Counted from the first letter of the stretch, positions 11,033-23,192 are shown. The stretch: 40,965 bases of DNA from Priapulus caudatus (GCF_000485595.1 NW_014577082.1:757558-798522); one strand, 5' to 3'. Translations and numbers: made by a program. Notes: a model not told the origin generated them from the letters alone.

Positions 11033-12206
11033 TCTATATATATAAAGTTGTTCAGCCGAATTAGTCCGTACTCGCATAACTAGAGAACTCCGCAGCCTAG
11101 AGGAAAATCTATATATATAAAGTTGTTCAGCCGAATTAGTCCGTACTCGCATAACTAGAGAACTCCGCAGCCTAGAGGAAAACTCAAGATATTTTCAGAA
11201 TCAGCACGTCTGGGAGGTAGTTCTGGCTAAAACAAAAATTTTAAAAAGTTAAAAAGTTAAAAATTGATAAAAATTCTATTCATCAATAGATGGCGGTGCG
11301 TAGCAGATTAAAACATCACATACGTGTGAATCCATGGTGTATACCCTGAACGGCGCAGTGGCATAATCGCTAGAACATCCGTCTCCTACACCGGGTTTCC
11401 GGGTTCGAGTCCCAGCTGGGGAACTTATTACTTTTTTCATTTTTTCCCTTTACCTACCTCTTTAGTATGTATTATTTTTAATTTCTTACTTTTTCATTTT
11501 AATTTTTTATTTTTAATGTGCTTTTATCTTTTGATTTCTTATTGTTGTTTTACTGTTGGGATGGATGGACTGGGATGGGACTTGAGGGATTGGCATGCGC
11601 TTTATGACTGGGCATAGCCCGCCTTGGTGTCCGCACTCTGCATGGCATTCTTTCGATGGCATGCGATGGCATGCTATCGCCATGGATGGGAGTAGATGGC
11701 ATGGGATGGGGCCCATAGGCGTGGGCTCATCGGCACTGGGATCGGGGTCTTTCCATAAGGTTTTCATGAGAAATCCGCGCAACACTGGGGGCGGATGGGA
11801 TCGCGCATTAAGCGCGTGGGTTTCGACCCTTATTTATAACGAGCCAGGTCTGCGAACCTCCCACAACCTCCCGCACTACCCGGAGGCGCGATGGATGTTC
11901 TTGCCTTTGCGCGGATGGCCATTGACCGCGAGCAGAGAGTGGCATGGATGGCGATGGAACGGGATGGGATATGGAGTGGGATGGATGGGTTATTGCGGGC
12001 GTGCGATGGGATGGATGGGATGCATGGAATGGGGCGCTAGAAGGATATGCATGCGATGTGATCAGATGATAGTTAGATTTCTACTTTCTGGGTATTTCCT
12101 TTCAACAATGGCGGTCACCACACTGAGTAAGGCAGAACCTTGCTGAAAGGACGCTACTGGCCAAAAGTTTCGTCCCGCGGCCAGACGCCGACGTACTCTC
12201 GCCTAG
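11033..12206 (+). mobile_element. Non-autonomous Helitron
   Basis: A|TCTATATATATAAA 5' end (first 75 bp tandemly duplicated at 11108), 3' hairpin CGGC-cagac-GCCG (12178-12190) 12 nt before CTAG|T (12203-12207); inserted between A and T with no TSD. Confidence 0.75.
11352..11423 (+). pseudogene. tRNA-derived sequence (SINE head or tRNA pseudogene) inside the Helitron
   Basis: A-box TGGCATAATCG and B-box GGTTCGAGTCCC at tRNA spacing, followed by T runs; acceptor and anticodon stems pair poorly. Confidence 0.6.
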
Positions 12207-12695
12207 TCTAATACATATTGTCTAGAGGTAGATATTACTAGGGAATGTTCCCGTTATTTATCCACTCTATATGTGAATGCGGGTCGTTTGTCTGGCTTTC
12301 TCCGATGAAGTCAATACGGAGCCAGCTCATAGACATGTCAAAAGATGTCGGTGCGCCCCGTGTGCTAAGAGTGAATCAATTGTTTTATTACAAGCCCCAA
12401 CGATAAGAATGGGCTAGATACATATACTGAACGCATTCCGTGTAAAATTTGTAATCATAACTGAGCATGCTGTCCCAAAGAGACTTCCTGAGTCGTTACT
12501 CACTCGTTTCGGCTGCTTTTAATATCCAGGAAATATCTCTGCTTGGTCCGCGACAATTAGTTTTGTATCCGCCTCAAGTTCTGAATGTTTACGTAGTACA
12601 CTCGCTCAAACTCTGAAATANNNNNNNNNNAGTCACCCCGCCTGCGGCCAGCAAGCCATCAGGCGAATGGGATGCTTCACTTGACGCAAAATAGG

Positions 12696-15600
12696 CGGAT
12701 GTTCTGTCTTAGCCGTCTTTGCGGTTCAAGCTCATCGTTTTGCTGGCGTCAGGAAGGGTTGCATTTTCTGGGTGCGAGTAGCTCCTAATGGTATAGACGT
12801 AGGAGTTGTTGTAAAGGTTAGTCTGGTTTGGTGCCATGCATTGCTCTTGTGTGGGTACAGACTAGGTGGTTGACGGTAAAGGGTGGAGTTGATTTTAGTA
12901 CACATATAGCTTTAGTGTGTGCAGACGGTGAGGGTTGGTTAGGTAACGGCGCTGTGGTGGTTGTGGTGCATCCGGTTGCGTCTTATAGCTGGTACAGATA
13001 GGTGAATTTAGTCACAGCCCCAGTAGCAAGGCAGTGGTTGCAGACGTAAGTGTTGATGGCGCAGTGCCTTGTGGGGATATTTTTGCTGCTTGTTTTACCC
13101 CTCTTTGCGCTGCAGGTGTTTGGTCAGTGTGAAACACGCTGAGTCTCAGTCTCATCCTACCTGGTACCCGGTTAGCTAATCCAGAACATAAAATGACCAC
13201 CAACAACTTTTCTTTTTGTATCATCTTTTTCTATACGATGAGCATTTACAGACGAACCGCTTGTGTGGGTGGGTAGTAGTACGTACGTGTTGTTAAATAA
13301 CCTTTCGTCCTACTCGCAATGTGAGCAACACCAGGTATGCCACTCTTTTCGATAACGTTTGCTACACGGTTATTTAATATAGTTTAGCCCCCGCCTCCAC
13401 CCCACCCGCCGAGGAACCATAGCTCCCACCACACGCACGGCCGTGGAAGGTGTGACAACATCTCTAGTGTCAACCCCTGCACAAAGGTTCTTTTCAGTTA
13501 ATGGCAGTTTACTTTTTCCAAAGAATCTTAAAGGATAATCTTACAAAGCGTTGCAAGGTTGTATAGCAAAATCTATACGATGTCACATGTCTTGCGATTT
13601 CAAATGGTCACAATGAATGATCACAGTCATAAGATATAGGCCCGATATTCTAGGGCCTAGGGCCATATCCTCTCACATGATGTATCAGCTTCGAATCTGT
13701 TTCACAATAACCTATTGCGATAGAAAAAGAAGAAGCGAGTCCGATCATAAGAAAGCATTCTCCGAATCATACCCCTTGATATTTAGTTCTTTTGTCAGTC
13801 GCTATTACACAAAACCTCGGAAGTTTTTGATGTCTTACACGCCCGCACGCACGGTATCACGCCACGCAAATGATCATACTGGCAATATTTAACTATACAG
13901 AAGAAATAACCTCTGTCTTCTTAGCACCTCATCCTTTGGTTTTTTCTCGTCTAAGCTGTTCTGTCGTCTCGCGTCAGGAGAGGACATTGTATAAGGGCCC
14001 GTAAAAACGCAACTCTAAAACTCGCAACGCAACTCGTACAGGAGGCATGGGTTTATAAGCAGCATATCCACACACCTGTACGCCACCGGTCACGTGGACC
14101 ATTGTACGCACGTGGACGGCGGCACGGGCGTGTGGTATGTGTTCGTGTGCGCGTCGCGTCCCGTCCCTGCTCTGTGCCATGTATGTGTGCCTGTCAGATC
14201 GAACAATGTGCGCGCACGTGGGTGTTTGTGGCTTCGCCGGTGGCCTGTGGGGCCGTGTGCGTTGACCTGTGTGGTTATTGCGTGTGCAGCCCGCACGTAT
14301 CAGTGTATCAGGTGGCCCATGGGAGTGCCGCGCAGCCGGGCGGACCCTGTGTGCCATAGGGGCGCGGGTGAACAACTTTTTTGATGATGGTTATACGAGC
14401 ATGGTTGGTAGGTGATTACTACACCACGCAGGGGGGCGTGAGATAGCGAGTGGTCATAATTATAATCATGGTAATACTAACCTCATTACTGTAAATAGTC
14501 CTATGAATAAGTCATCGACGGAGTCGGACAAAGTTCCTGTCCAAAGTCCGCGGTAAGATGGTACGCAATAAGATTGACCTTTGCACGGCTATTTTTACGT
14601 TACACTGTCCGGGGTTGTTTTTAGAATACGCCATGGTAATCGCCGCTTTATTTTATTTTAATTTAATCTCTCTGGACTGTTCTGGTTGCTAGCAGTAGAC
14701 GTGTGGCTTCATAATACGGCAAAGCGCCAGCAAGTCTAAAAAAAAAAAAAATATTAAACACTCAAAAGTCTATTGTTGCGCACCCAAAAGCTTTGAACAT
14801 TCTGGGTCGAAAAAAGGGGGGAAAAGAAAAACTATTTTGGGCTGTCAACGAACGCAGAGCGCCATTTCCTACTGTACAATTAGCCATAGGTGGGAGCATT
14901 GCTGGCCGGATGGCAGCCGAAAGATATCTCCACATCCCAAGCTGTGCCTCTCTAGGCCAACTTTCTGTTCCCTGCCGGTGAGGCCTCCAACCCCCGTCAG
15001 CTCACTCTCGAAAATAACCCATTTCGCGACCGAAAAATAGATTCTTTTTGTTTACCGTATTTTAATAATGCTAAAACAAAGTTACACTGGTACGGCCCCT
15101 ATATGCCGATTTATTACCCATAGGCACCTAGGAACTATATAGCAATAAATAGAAAAAAAAACAAGACAAGCGCCAGTCGCAGCACTCACGTAAGTTATTA
15201 GTAAAGTCACGTTATCAAGTGTTGGCCGGCGTTTATTATTTTATTGACGGGGGGCCTAAAAGCACACCGATATAGAATTGTAATAAATAGTGGTATGATG
15301 GGGCCCAAGGCCAGACATATAGTATTTGTATGGACAGGGGCCTAAGGCACCTATATAGTATTTGTAATCAATATAATAGTGTATGATGGGGGCTCCCAAA
15401 GCACATAATATAGTATTTGCATGACGGTGGGCCTAAGCCCACCTATATAGAATTGGTAATAATAGTGTGATGGGGGCCAAGGGCCACGTATATTAGTATT
15501 TGTATGGCGAGGCCTAAGGCCTTCTATATAGCTATCTGTATAATAAAAATAGTTTATGATGGGGGGGCCCAGGCCACATATATTTATTGTATATGACGGT

Positions 15601-15906
15601 GGCCTAATGCCATCTATATAGTTTTGTTAGTATAGTGTAATGCTGGGAGGCGACCAAGGCCACATATATAGTATTGTGTATGAAGGGAGCCTAAGGCCCT
15701 ATACTGCTGAAGAGTTTGAATATGTGAAGGCAGCCTAGGATGTGTGTGGCAGCCTTGGTTTTAAGCTTATACTGCCTCCAGCAAAGATAAGTACGGCTGC
15801 ATCACTTGCATTGCGTGTATTATTGCGCCAGCGGGGGCCCTAGGCCCCCGCGTGGCTTATAGGCCACACTTAGATGTTTATATGTTGGATATCTGTCCGC
15901 CTCAAA
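12696..15906 (+). repeat. Indel-rich duplicate of 23906-26947 (local segmental duplication)
   Basis: Colinear throughout (e.g. gcggttcaagctcatcgttttg at ~12721 and ~23929; ccgtcagctcactc at ~14994 and ~25906) but with dense 1-bp indels; both copies continue into the 540-bp satellite. Confidence 0.9.
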
Positions 15907-18038
15907 CGCAGCGGGGGACCTTACATGCAAGGGTCTTCCTCCTATTTATTAAATGATGTCTACTGATGGAATCTCTATGATAGAAATCTGATGCTAGGAT
16001 AACTCTCTTCATATTTAAATGCATAATCTTCTGCAAAAATACGATTTCTCTCGGGAGATATTGCGCATTGCGCGCGCCACCGTGTTAGGCGTGCAGCTCG
16101 CCAGAGTCTGGCAGGCAAACTGTTCATGATTATAGCTTGCTGAGGGGGAGAGGGGGATGGAGGACTGAGGAAAGGCGACCGAGAAAAGATAGTTGGGGCG
16201 GCGTCTAGAAAAGAACGAGACTGACGATGGACAGGGGAGGCAAGGGGAAAGCGACTGCGAGGGCATTCAAGTATGGTTTCTAGCCCTACACGCTTTAGGG
16301 CGCTCTCATATTATAATATATATAAAATACAAACTCATAATATAACACACAGGTCTACTGATAAATGGTCTTATTTAGGGAATCTATGCTGAGATACCCC
16401 CCTAACCATTAAATCATATTAATCCACAACAATAATAAACTCCTCTGGGTGGTGAGATACTTGCGCATGCGCGTATTACATACTAACGTAGCAGATTGCT
16501 GTATGGGTTTGGTATTTACGCAGCGGGGACCTTACATGCGAGGTTCTTCCTCTTATTTCGTGTTAAATGATGTTCTACTGATGGCATGTTATCAGTATAA
16601 ATCTATCGTAGGATAACTCCTCTCATTTTAAATGATATAATCTTGCAAAATACGAGTTCCACGGCGAGATATTGGCGCATCGCGGCGCACCGTGTTAGGC
16701 GTGCAATGCCGTGCTGTGAGGAAAACTTAATTAACATAATATAGCTTGCTGATGGGGAGAGGGGATGTGAGACTAAGGAAAGGCGGCAGGAAGATAGCTG
16801 GGGCGGTAGAAAAAGAAGGAGTCTGAGCGAGGGACAGGGGAGGCAAGAGGAAGGACGTGAGGGCATAAAGTAGGTGTTTAGTACCCTACATGCTAGGGCG
16901 CTCTCCTAATTGTAAACACAGGTCTACTGATAAAAGTTTATTAGGGAAATCTATGCGGAGATACCCCCTAACCATTTTAAATGCATATTCATCACAAAAT
17001 ATAACTCCTCTGGTGAGATATTGCGCATGCGCTATTACACACTAACGTAGCCAGATTGTGTACTGGTTGGTATACGCAGCGAGGACCTTACATGCGAGGT
17101 CTTCCTCTTATTTCTTAAATGATGTCTACTGATGGAATGTTATCATATAAATCTATGATAGGATAACGCCTCTTCATTTTAAATGCATAATCTTTGCAAA
17201 ATACGATTTCTCACAGGAGATATTGCGCATGCGCGCGCACCGTGTTAGGCGTGCAGTGCCGTCTGACGCAAACTTCATAATATAGCTTGCTGCGGGGAGA
17301 GGGGATGGGAGAATGAGGAAAGGCGACAGGGAAGATAGCTGGGGGCGGTAGAAGAAGAAGGAGGCGGAGCGAGGGACGGGGGAGGCAAGGGGAAGACGCG
17401 AGGGCATAAAGTAGGTGTTTTGTACCCTACATGCTAGGGCGCTCTCCTAATTATAAACACAGGTCTAATGATAAAAGTTTATTAGGGAAATCTATGCTGA
17501 GATATCCCCTAACCATTTTAAATGTATATTCATCACAAAATATAACTCCTCTGGTGAAGTATTGCGCATGCGCTAACACACTATCGTAGCCAGATTGTGT
17601 ACTGGCTGGTATACGCAGCGGGGACCTTACATGCAAGGACTTCCTCCTATTTCTTAAATGACGTTAACTTATGGAATGTTATCATATAAATCTATGCTAG
17701 GATAACTCCTCTTCATTTAAAATGCATACTCTTTGCAAAATACGATTGCTCTCGGGAGATATTGCGCATGCGCGCGCACCGTGTTAGACGCGCAGTGCCG
17801 TCTAAGGAAAATTTCATGTTATAGCTTGCTGAGGGGCAGAAGGGATGGGAGACTGAGGAAAGGCTGCAGGGAAGATTGCTGGAGCGGTAGACGAAGAAGT
17901 AGGCTGAGCGAGGGACAGGGGAGGCAAGGGGAAGGACGTACGCCAGGGCATAAAGTAGGTGTTTTGTACCCTACATACTAACCTAACATGCTAGAGCGCT
18001 CTCTTAATTACAAACACAGGTCTACTGATAAAAGTTTA
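15907..18038 (+). repeat. ~540-bp satellite array, ~4 units
   Basis: cgcagcggggaccttacatgc recurs at ~15907, 16518, 17075, 17614. Confidence 0.95.
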
Positions 18039-18049
18039 TGGTTAACTAT

Positions 18050-18284
18050 AGTTAGTATAGTAGAGATCAGTGGTACATTAGCTTGGTGGAGAATTGTGGC
18101 GAGATGCAGCGGGGCAAAGTGAACTGCAAGAAATGCCAAGGCTATTTAAAGTGAAGCAAAGTGACCAATATGACAGAGAAGATGATTACTTCGAACTGAT
18201 GACGTTATCTCTCGACGACGTTATCTCATCGACAGATGACGTTATCTCTAATAGCTGTCTACTGATCGGTATCATTGTGATCTT

Positions 18285-18368
<84 letters not shown>

Positions 18369-18448
18369 TATTTTTGGGTATTTTTCTTTCAACCAAGTAG
18401 TCACCAACTGAGCGCTTTATTTCCCGGGCAACGCCGGTGTCCTGCTAG
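18050..18448 (+). mobile_element. 3' portion of a Helitron-like element containing (GATA)n
   Basis: Hairpin CCGGGCAACGCCGG followed by CTAG|T at 18445-18449; (GATA)n at 18284-18368; 5' boundary uncertain. Confidence 0.6.
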
Positions 18449-18631
18449 TTTCTCATACATCTGCAGTAATAGCTAGCTAATAGCTAAGTAAAATAATTTA
18501 CAGTCACACATTTTTCCTCTTCATTGCGTGCAACGAAACTGCTTATTAACAAACAGCTATATTTGTCAAGTGTTTCAGACTGACGTCCGTCTATTCACCC
18601 AATCTTCACGACCTGGCATGACACTGCGTAC

Positions 18632-19957
18632 TTATTCATCCCAAATATCAGAAAAGTACTTCCAAGCGGCTATAAACGACGGCTCCACATTCTCAGGCAC
18701 AGAATATGACGTCCTCATTTGCTCCCAAACCTCCTCAGGTGTTAAATTCATCATCCCGCTACTTCTAACCAGTGGACCTTCATCTAAACGCGCAAATGCA
18801 GCCTTCAAGCTTTGGCGCTTCAAATATATGGCCGGAATGCCTTCTATCCGCTTATTCGCGTCTTCGGCCATAACATTATAGCCCTCAATATACGGGTGTA
18901 GCATTTCTCCTTTTGTTAGGCATATCCGTATATATTTGAATAACTCCCTCACAATTATTGACAAGTGTTCCTCGGGCGACTGGGAATCACACGCGACAAT
19001 TAATTGAACATGAAGAAGGGCCAACTTTAAGAGGTAGGAGTCAATAAGGCTCTTGGCTTTACATTTAACTGCGATAAATAAGCGAATTATATCTATCCTA
19101 TATGTTCGTAAAGTAGATAAATGATTGTCTATCTTCATATGCTTGCACTTCGATATATTCTTTACCTTTCTTTCATAACCCGGAATTATTTGAGGATCTA
19201 AAAAGGCCTTAGTCGTGATCATAGCTTGTCGAAATATTGAAGAAAACATTTTAATAGCTCGGCTTTCTGCCTTAGCAGTGCATACCGACCAGCGTGTATC
19301 TCCCGATACGTTGTCAACCCGATAGAACACGTCCATAGGTTTAGGGACGACGTGATAATAATACTCGGAGGGAAAATGGTCAGTGGCACCGAATGGCCTG
19401 CCTCTAATTTTTATAGCCGGTGTTACATCCACCGACAGCGGAAGGTGTTTGTAATGTTCGCCTCCTGAATAAGTGAAGTTGAATTGAGTGCAGACCTTAT
19501 TCCATTCACATACTAGCGATCGCTTGGAGATTTTTAATGCCGTCGGTGTTCTCGTAATGACAGTGGACACAGCCTGGCACAGCACCTTCACAAACGCTTC
19601 TTTCATATCGACTGATAAACACTGATGCTCACTAATCGCGTGAACTGTAACGACGCCAGGTTTGTCCGTTTTCTCGATCACGACCTCGTCGGCGAATATC
19701 TCCAATTCGAATAGAAAGTCGTACTCATCCGGTAGCCCGGCCTTCGTCAGGTTACCGGTGCTACCCACTAGCACGGGCATGCAGTGGAAATTCCAATCTA
19801 ATTTCACCATCTCTGCGCACACATTCGTCATTAGCGCCAACACGGACAGTTTGATTTCTCTGCACTCTTCGGGGTGCCGCAGTTTTCCCACGCCTGGCAG
19901 CTCCCACAGATCAGACAACGATTGCACCGCGCTATCGGAATCCCGCGCCGTCGCCAT
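18632..19957 (-). CDS. Mab-21/cGAS-like nucleotidyltransferase (candidate cGAS-like receptor, cGLR), 441-aa uninterrupted ORF
   Basis: VLVGSTGNLTKAGLPDEYDFLF (hGS...[DE]h[DE] NTase motif), LSVDVTPAI (third acidic residue), WSVCTAKAE, IDSYLLKLALLH and CLTKGEMLHPYIEGYNV (Mab-21 C-terminal motifs) occur in the expected order. It may be the last exon of a longer gene. Confidence 0.9.
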   Translation of the reverse strand: MATARDSDSAVQSLSDLWELPGVGKLRHPEECREIKLSVLALMTNVCAEMVKLDWNFHCMPVLVGSTGNLTKAGLPDEYDFLFELEIFADEVVIEKTDKPGVVTVHAISEHQCLSVDMKEAFVKVLCQAVSTVITRTPTALKISKRSLVCEWNKVCTQFNFTYSGGEHYKHLPLSVDVTPAIKIRGRPFGATDHFPSEYYYHVVPKPMDVFYRVDNVSGDTRWSVCTAKAESRAIKMFSSIFRQAMITTKAFLDPQIIPGYERKVKNISKCKHMKIDNHLSTLRTYRIDIIRLFIAVKCKAKSLIDSYLLKLALLHVQLIVACDSQSPEEHLSIIVRELFKYIRICLTKGEMLHPYIEGYNVMAEDANKRIEGIPAIYLKRQSLKAAFARLDEGPLVRSSGMMNLTPEEVWEQMRTSYSVPENVEPSFIAAWKYFSDIWDE

Positions 19958-20550
19958 TTCCGAGTCACTGTAACAGTGCTCGGGTAAGCCGCTAAAATAC
20001 CAGTACGTTAGCAGCGCTCCGGCAGTCTTCCTATAGCCGTCGTTGAGCGGTACTTCTAAGAATTTTGTGGATCACAATTACGACAGTTTTGTAAATTTTA
20101 GGATACTCTAAATGTGAGGGGCCCCAAATGTGGGGGGCCCGGGGCACGTGCCTCTGTTGCCCCGCCCTTAATCCGCTAGTGCATGTACAGCCTTCATTCT
20201 GACCATGTACAGGGGGGGGGGCCTTGTTTAGGTCGGGTTCATTATTGAATATGTGGGGGTGACCACCGCTGAGATGAGGGCGACAGCAACACTCTTTCTT
20301 AGAATTGTGAAGAAAAAAGCTACAAAAAGGTTGTAACCCTTGCTTTGCCACTGTGACCGAGCATGCGCGCCACGTAGCGTCATAATGCCGCAGGTATTAA
20401 GCGCGTACGTCATTACACATTTATATTAATTTGTTGAAATTGCTCATTTCACTAGAGCAAGAGAGAACGAGCGAGAAAGAGAGAGAGCGCGCGAGGAAAC
20501 GAGAGAGGGGGAAAAAGAACGAGGGAGAGAGTTCAACTCGGTGATTTAAT

Positions 20551-21137
20551 AACGGTGTTCGCGCATGCGCAATATCTCCCGAGAAAATTAATATTATGCA
20601 ATAATTATGCATTTGAAATGAAGAGGAGTTATTCTAGAATAGATTTATATGATAACATTCCATCAGTAGACCTTATTTAAGAAATAGGAAGAAGATCTTA
20701 TGGTATGTTATAACATGTAAGGTCCGCGCTGCATATACCAGTCCTGATCAGTACACATGCAATCTGGCTACGTTCGTGTGTTAGCGCATGCGCAATATCT
20801 CACCAGAGGAGTTATATTTTGTGATGACTATTTATTTATGGTCAGGGGGTCTCTCAGCATAGATTTATGTAATAAATCATTTTCAGTAGACCTCTATTTA
20901 TAATTAGGAGCGCGCCCTATAGCCTATAGCGTGCAAAACACCTACTTTACCCCCGTCCTTCCCCTTGCCCCACTTGTCCCTCGCTCAACATCCTTGTTCT
21001 TTTACGGCCGCTCAGCTATCATCCCTACCGCCCTTTCTCAGTCTCCCACCATTCTCTCTCTCTCTCTCTCTCAGCAAGCTATACTATGCAGTTTTCTTCC
21101 GTTATCTCAGTATCTCAGCATAGATTTATCTAATAAA
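20551..21137 (-). repeat. Single inverted, diverged monomer of the 540-bp satellite
   Basis: gcgcatgcgcaatatctcccgagaaa...gataacattccatcagtagac...catgtaaggtcc...ctcagcaagctata is the reverse complement of the array unit. Confidence 0.92.
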
Positions 21138-21984
21138 TAATATATTAGATATTATTATGATAGGGTCCGGTTTCAGGGCCGTTGAACGTGTGAGAACAGC
21201 CGAAGAAAATTATCTTGGCAGTGAACGGTGGGTGACCAACGCGCGAGCGCCATCTTCATGTACAATTAGCATACGCGGAATCCGGAGCGCGATGCTGCGA
21301 GCAAAGTGAATCTTGTAGATGGGATTTTACAATGCACACGTGACGTCGATTGAATGCCCACAAGAGTAGATAATATAAAGAGTTATTATCTACTCTTGAT
21401 GCCCAAGATCGGCCGAAGGTATTTATCTTGGCTTGCAACGGCGACGAGCGAAGCGAGCGTCAGTTCATGTATAGTAGCATAGAGAAAATTGCTGCGGGAT
21501 GCTGCGACCAAAGTGAAAATTTTGAATCACAAAGGATTTGCAAAGCGCACAAACTGTCCGGCATCCGCGCTTTGTTTTAAATGCGTAACATCGGCCTTAG
21601 GCCATTTACTTTAGGCGTTATGTCGCCGTGGTGGCGATGTCCCAATCGCTATACCTTATAGGGTAGGAATGGAAATGAGGCGGGCAGTGCCGCCCCAACG
21701 AAGTAGTAAGTTCCAAATTTGCGATGTGCACCACGCCACCACGCTCTCTTTTGCGTGCTCAACATCGTCCCTACGTCATTTACTTTGGGCGCTACGTCGC
21801 CGAGGTGCCCACGTCATGGGAACTCGCGAGGACACGGCGGAGCCGGAAGTTACAGAGAACAAGGTGTCGCTCATCAACCAGTGCGTGCACGTACATGGCA
21901 TCCTCGCATACGATCCTCATCCGCATCCCCAACATCCTTCTCTTCCCCCTGTTCTCCTCTCCGTTGCCGCCGCCAAGAAACAGC

Positions 21985-21985
<1 letters not shown>

Positions 21986-22036
<51 letters not shown>
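21986..22036. repeat. (CAA)n microsatellite
   Basis: Direct reading. Confidence 0.95.
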
Positions 22037-22370
22037 CTCACCACGCACAGTTTGAAGACCAAAAATTTGAGTCGGAATCACTCAGCACTCTCATGTGGAA
22101 ATTAGAGTTCAGTCTAATACGATGAATATGGTACATCACGTGTATCTTGGGCATGCCCCGTGTTCCGTTATCATATACATATGTTCCACCGAGTATTGAT
22201 TTATGTCTCCTGGTAACACTAAGCAGTTGTCATAATAGTTTTCACATCTTTTTGCACGGTTGAAAAAGCGATCGATATTTTGTCCGATGTATTCGCATAA
22301 CCAGATCGATGTGTCGTGCATTGTGATGTGCTCACAGGTGGGGCACGTTATAGCAAGTATGAGTCCATTA

Positions 22371-22373
22371 TCG

Positions 22374-22435
<62 letters not shown>

Positions 22436-22442
22436 ATCATCG
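22371..22442. repeat. (TCATCG)n microsatellite
   Basis: Direct reading. Confidence 0.95.
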
Positions 22443-23192
22443 AGATCATTTTTTGTCGCATGGAAACTATCTTCAGTGTAACATATATGTATGAGCTACG
22501 AGTTCTATAGAGCTCTATATAGCTTGTTAAAGCATCGTAATACTGCCAGCTTATGGGTTAACATCGGCAACACGGGTTTTTATGAAGCTTTACAACCCAA
22601 CTCTCACAGTAAACATGCACTGACATTTCCTCTCCAGTAATAGTAGGTTAGGACAATCCCAACTATATATAATAGATGGTTACAATAACACTCGTCGAAT
22701 ACTCGGTCTAATGAAACTAGCAACGCATTGGTAACATGGCAACCTAATTGTATGTATGGTATCGCGTCGTGAATTAATAAAATGTTCGACGCGCCGATGT
22801 CAGCTACACGGTTGCTATCCTGACTGCTACGCGCATGCGCGAACTTCGCAGATACATTGGCCTGTCGTTCGGCGACGTGTGTCATTGAATGGAGTTTCGG
22901 GCTAGCTCACACATACACGCACGTATACACGCACGCACCTAAGCACGCGCCACAACAGAAATCGTTAGGAACTAATTGATATCTTTCCACAGACGTATCG
23001 GCCATTGCGTAACGTTACGTCTATTGCGTTACGTCAGACGTTGTCAGCGCCTAATAGCGTTTCAATGCAAACATCGGATACTCACTCTCGAATTTGTAAT
23101 CGATAATAATTTAATCAGTAATCCATTTCAATAATAATTTCGATCAGCATCGACGATATAATTACCGAATGGTAATGAATAATCGAGACAAC

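Noticed and set aside
11352..11423. Functional tRNA gene
   Set aside because: A and B boxes are present but acceptor and anticodon stems do not pair properly; it lies inside a Helitron.
11595..12146. 183-aa Trp/Gly/Met-rich ORF
   Set aside because: Derived from degenerate (ATGG)n-type repeats inside the Helitron.
21669..22125. Three overlapping ~130-aa ORFs (poly-N/Q/T), including a YVAEVPTSWELARTR stretch faintly like a lectin start
   Set aside because: ORF length is inflated by the (CAA)n microsatellite; no consistent cysteine pattern or convincing splice sites.
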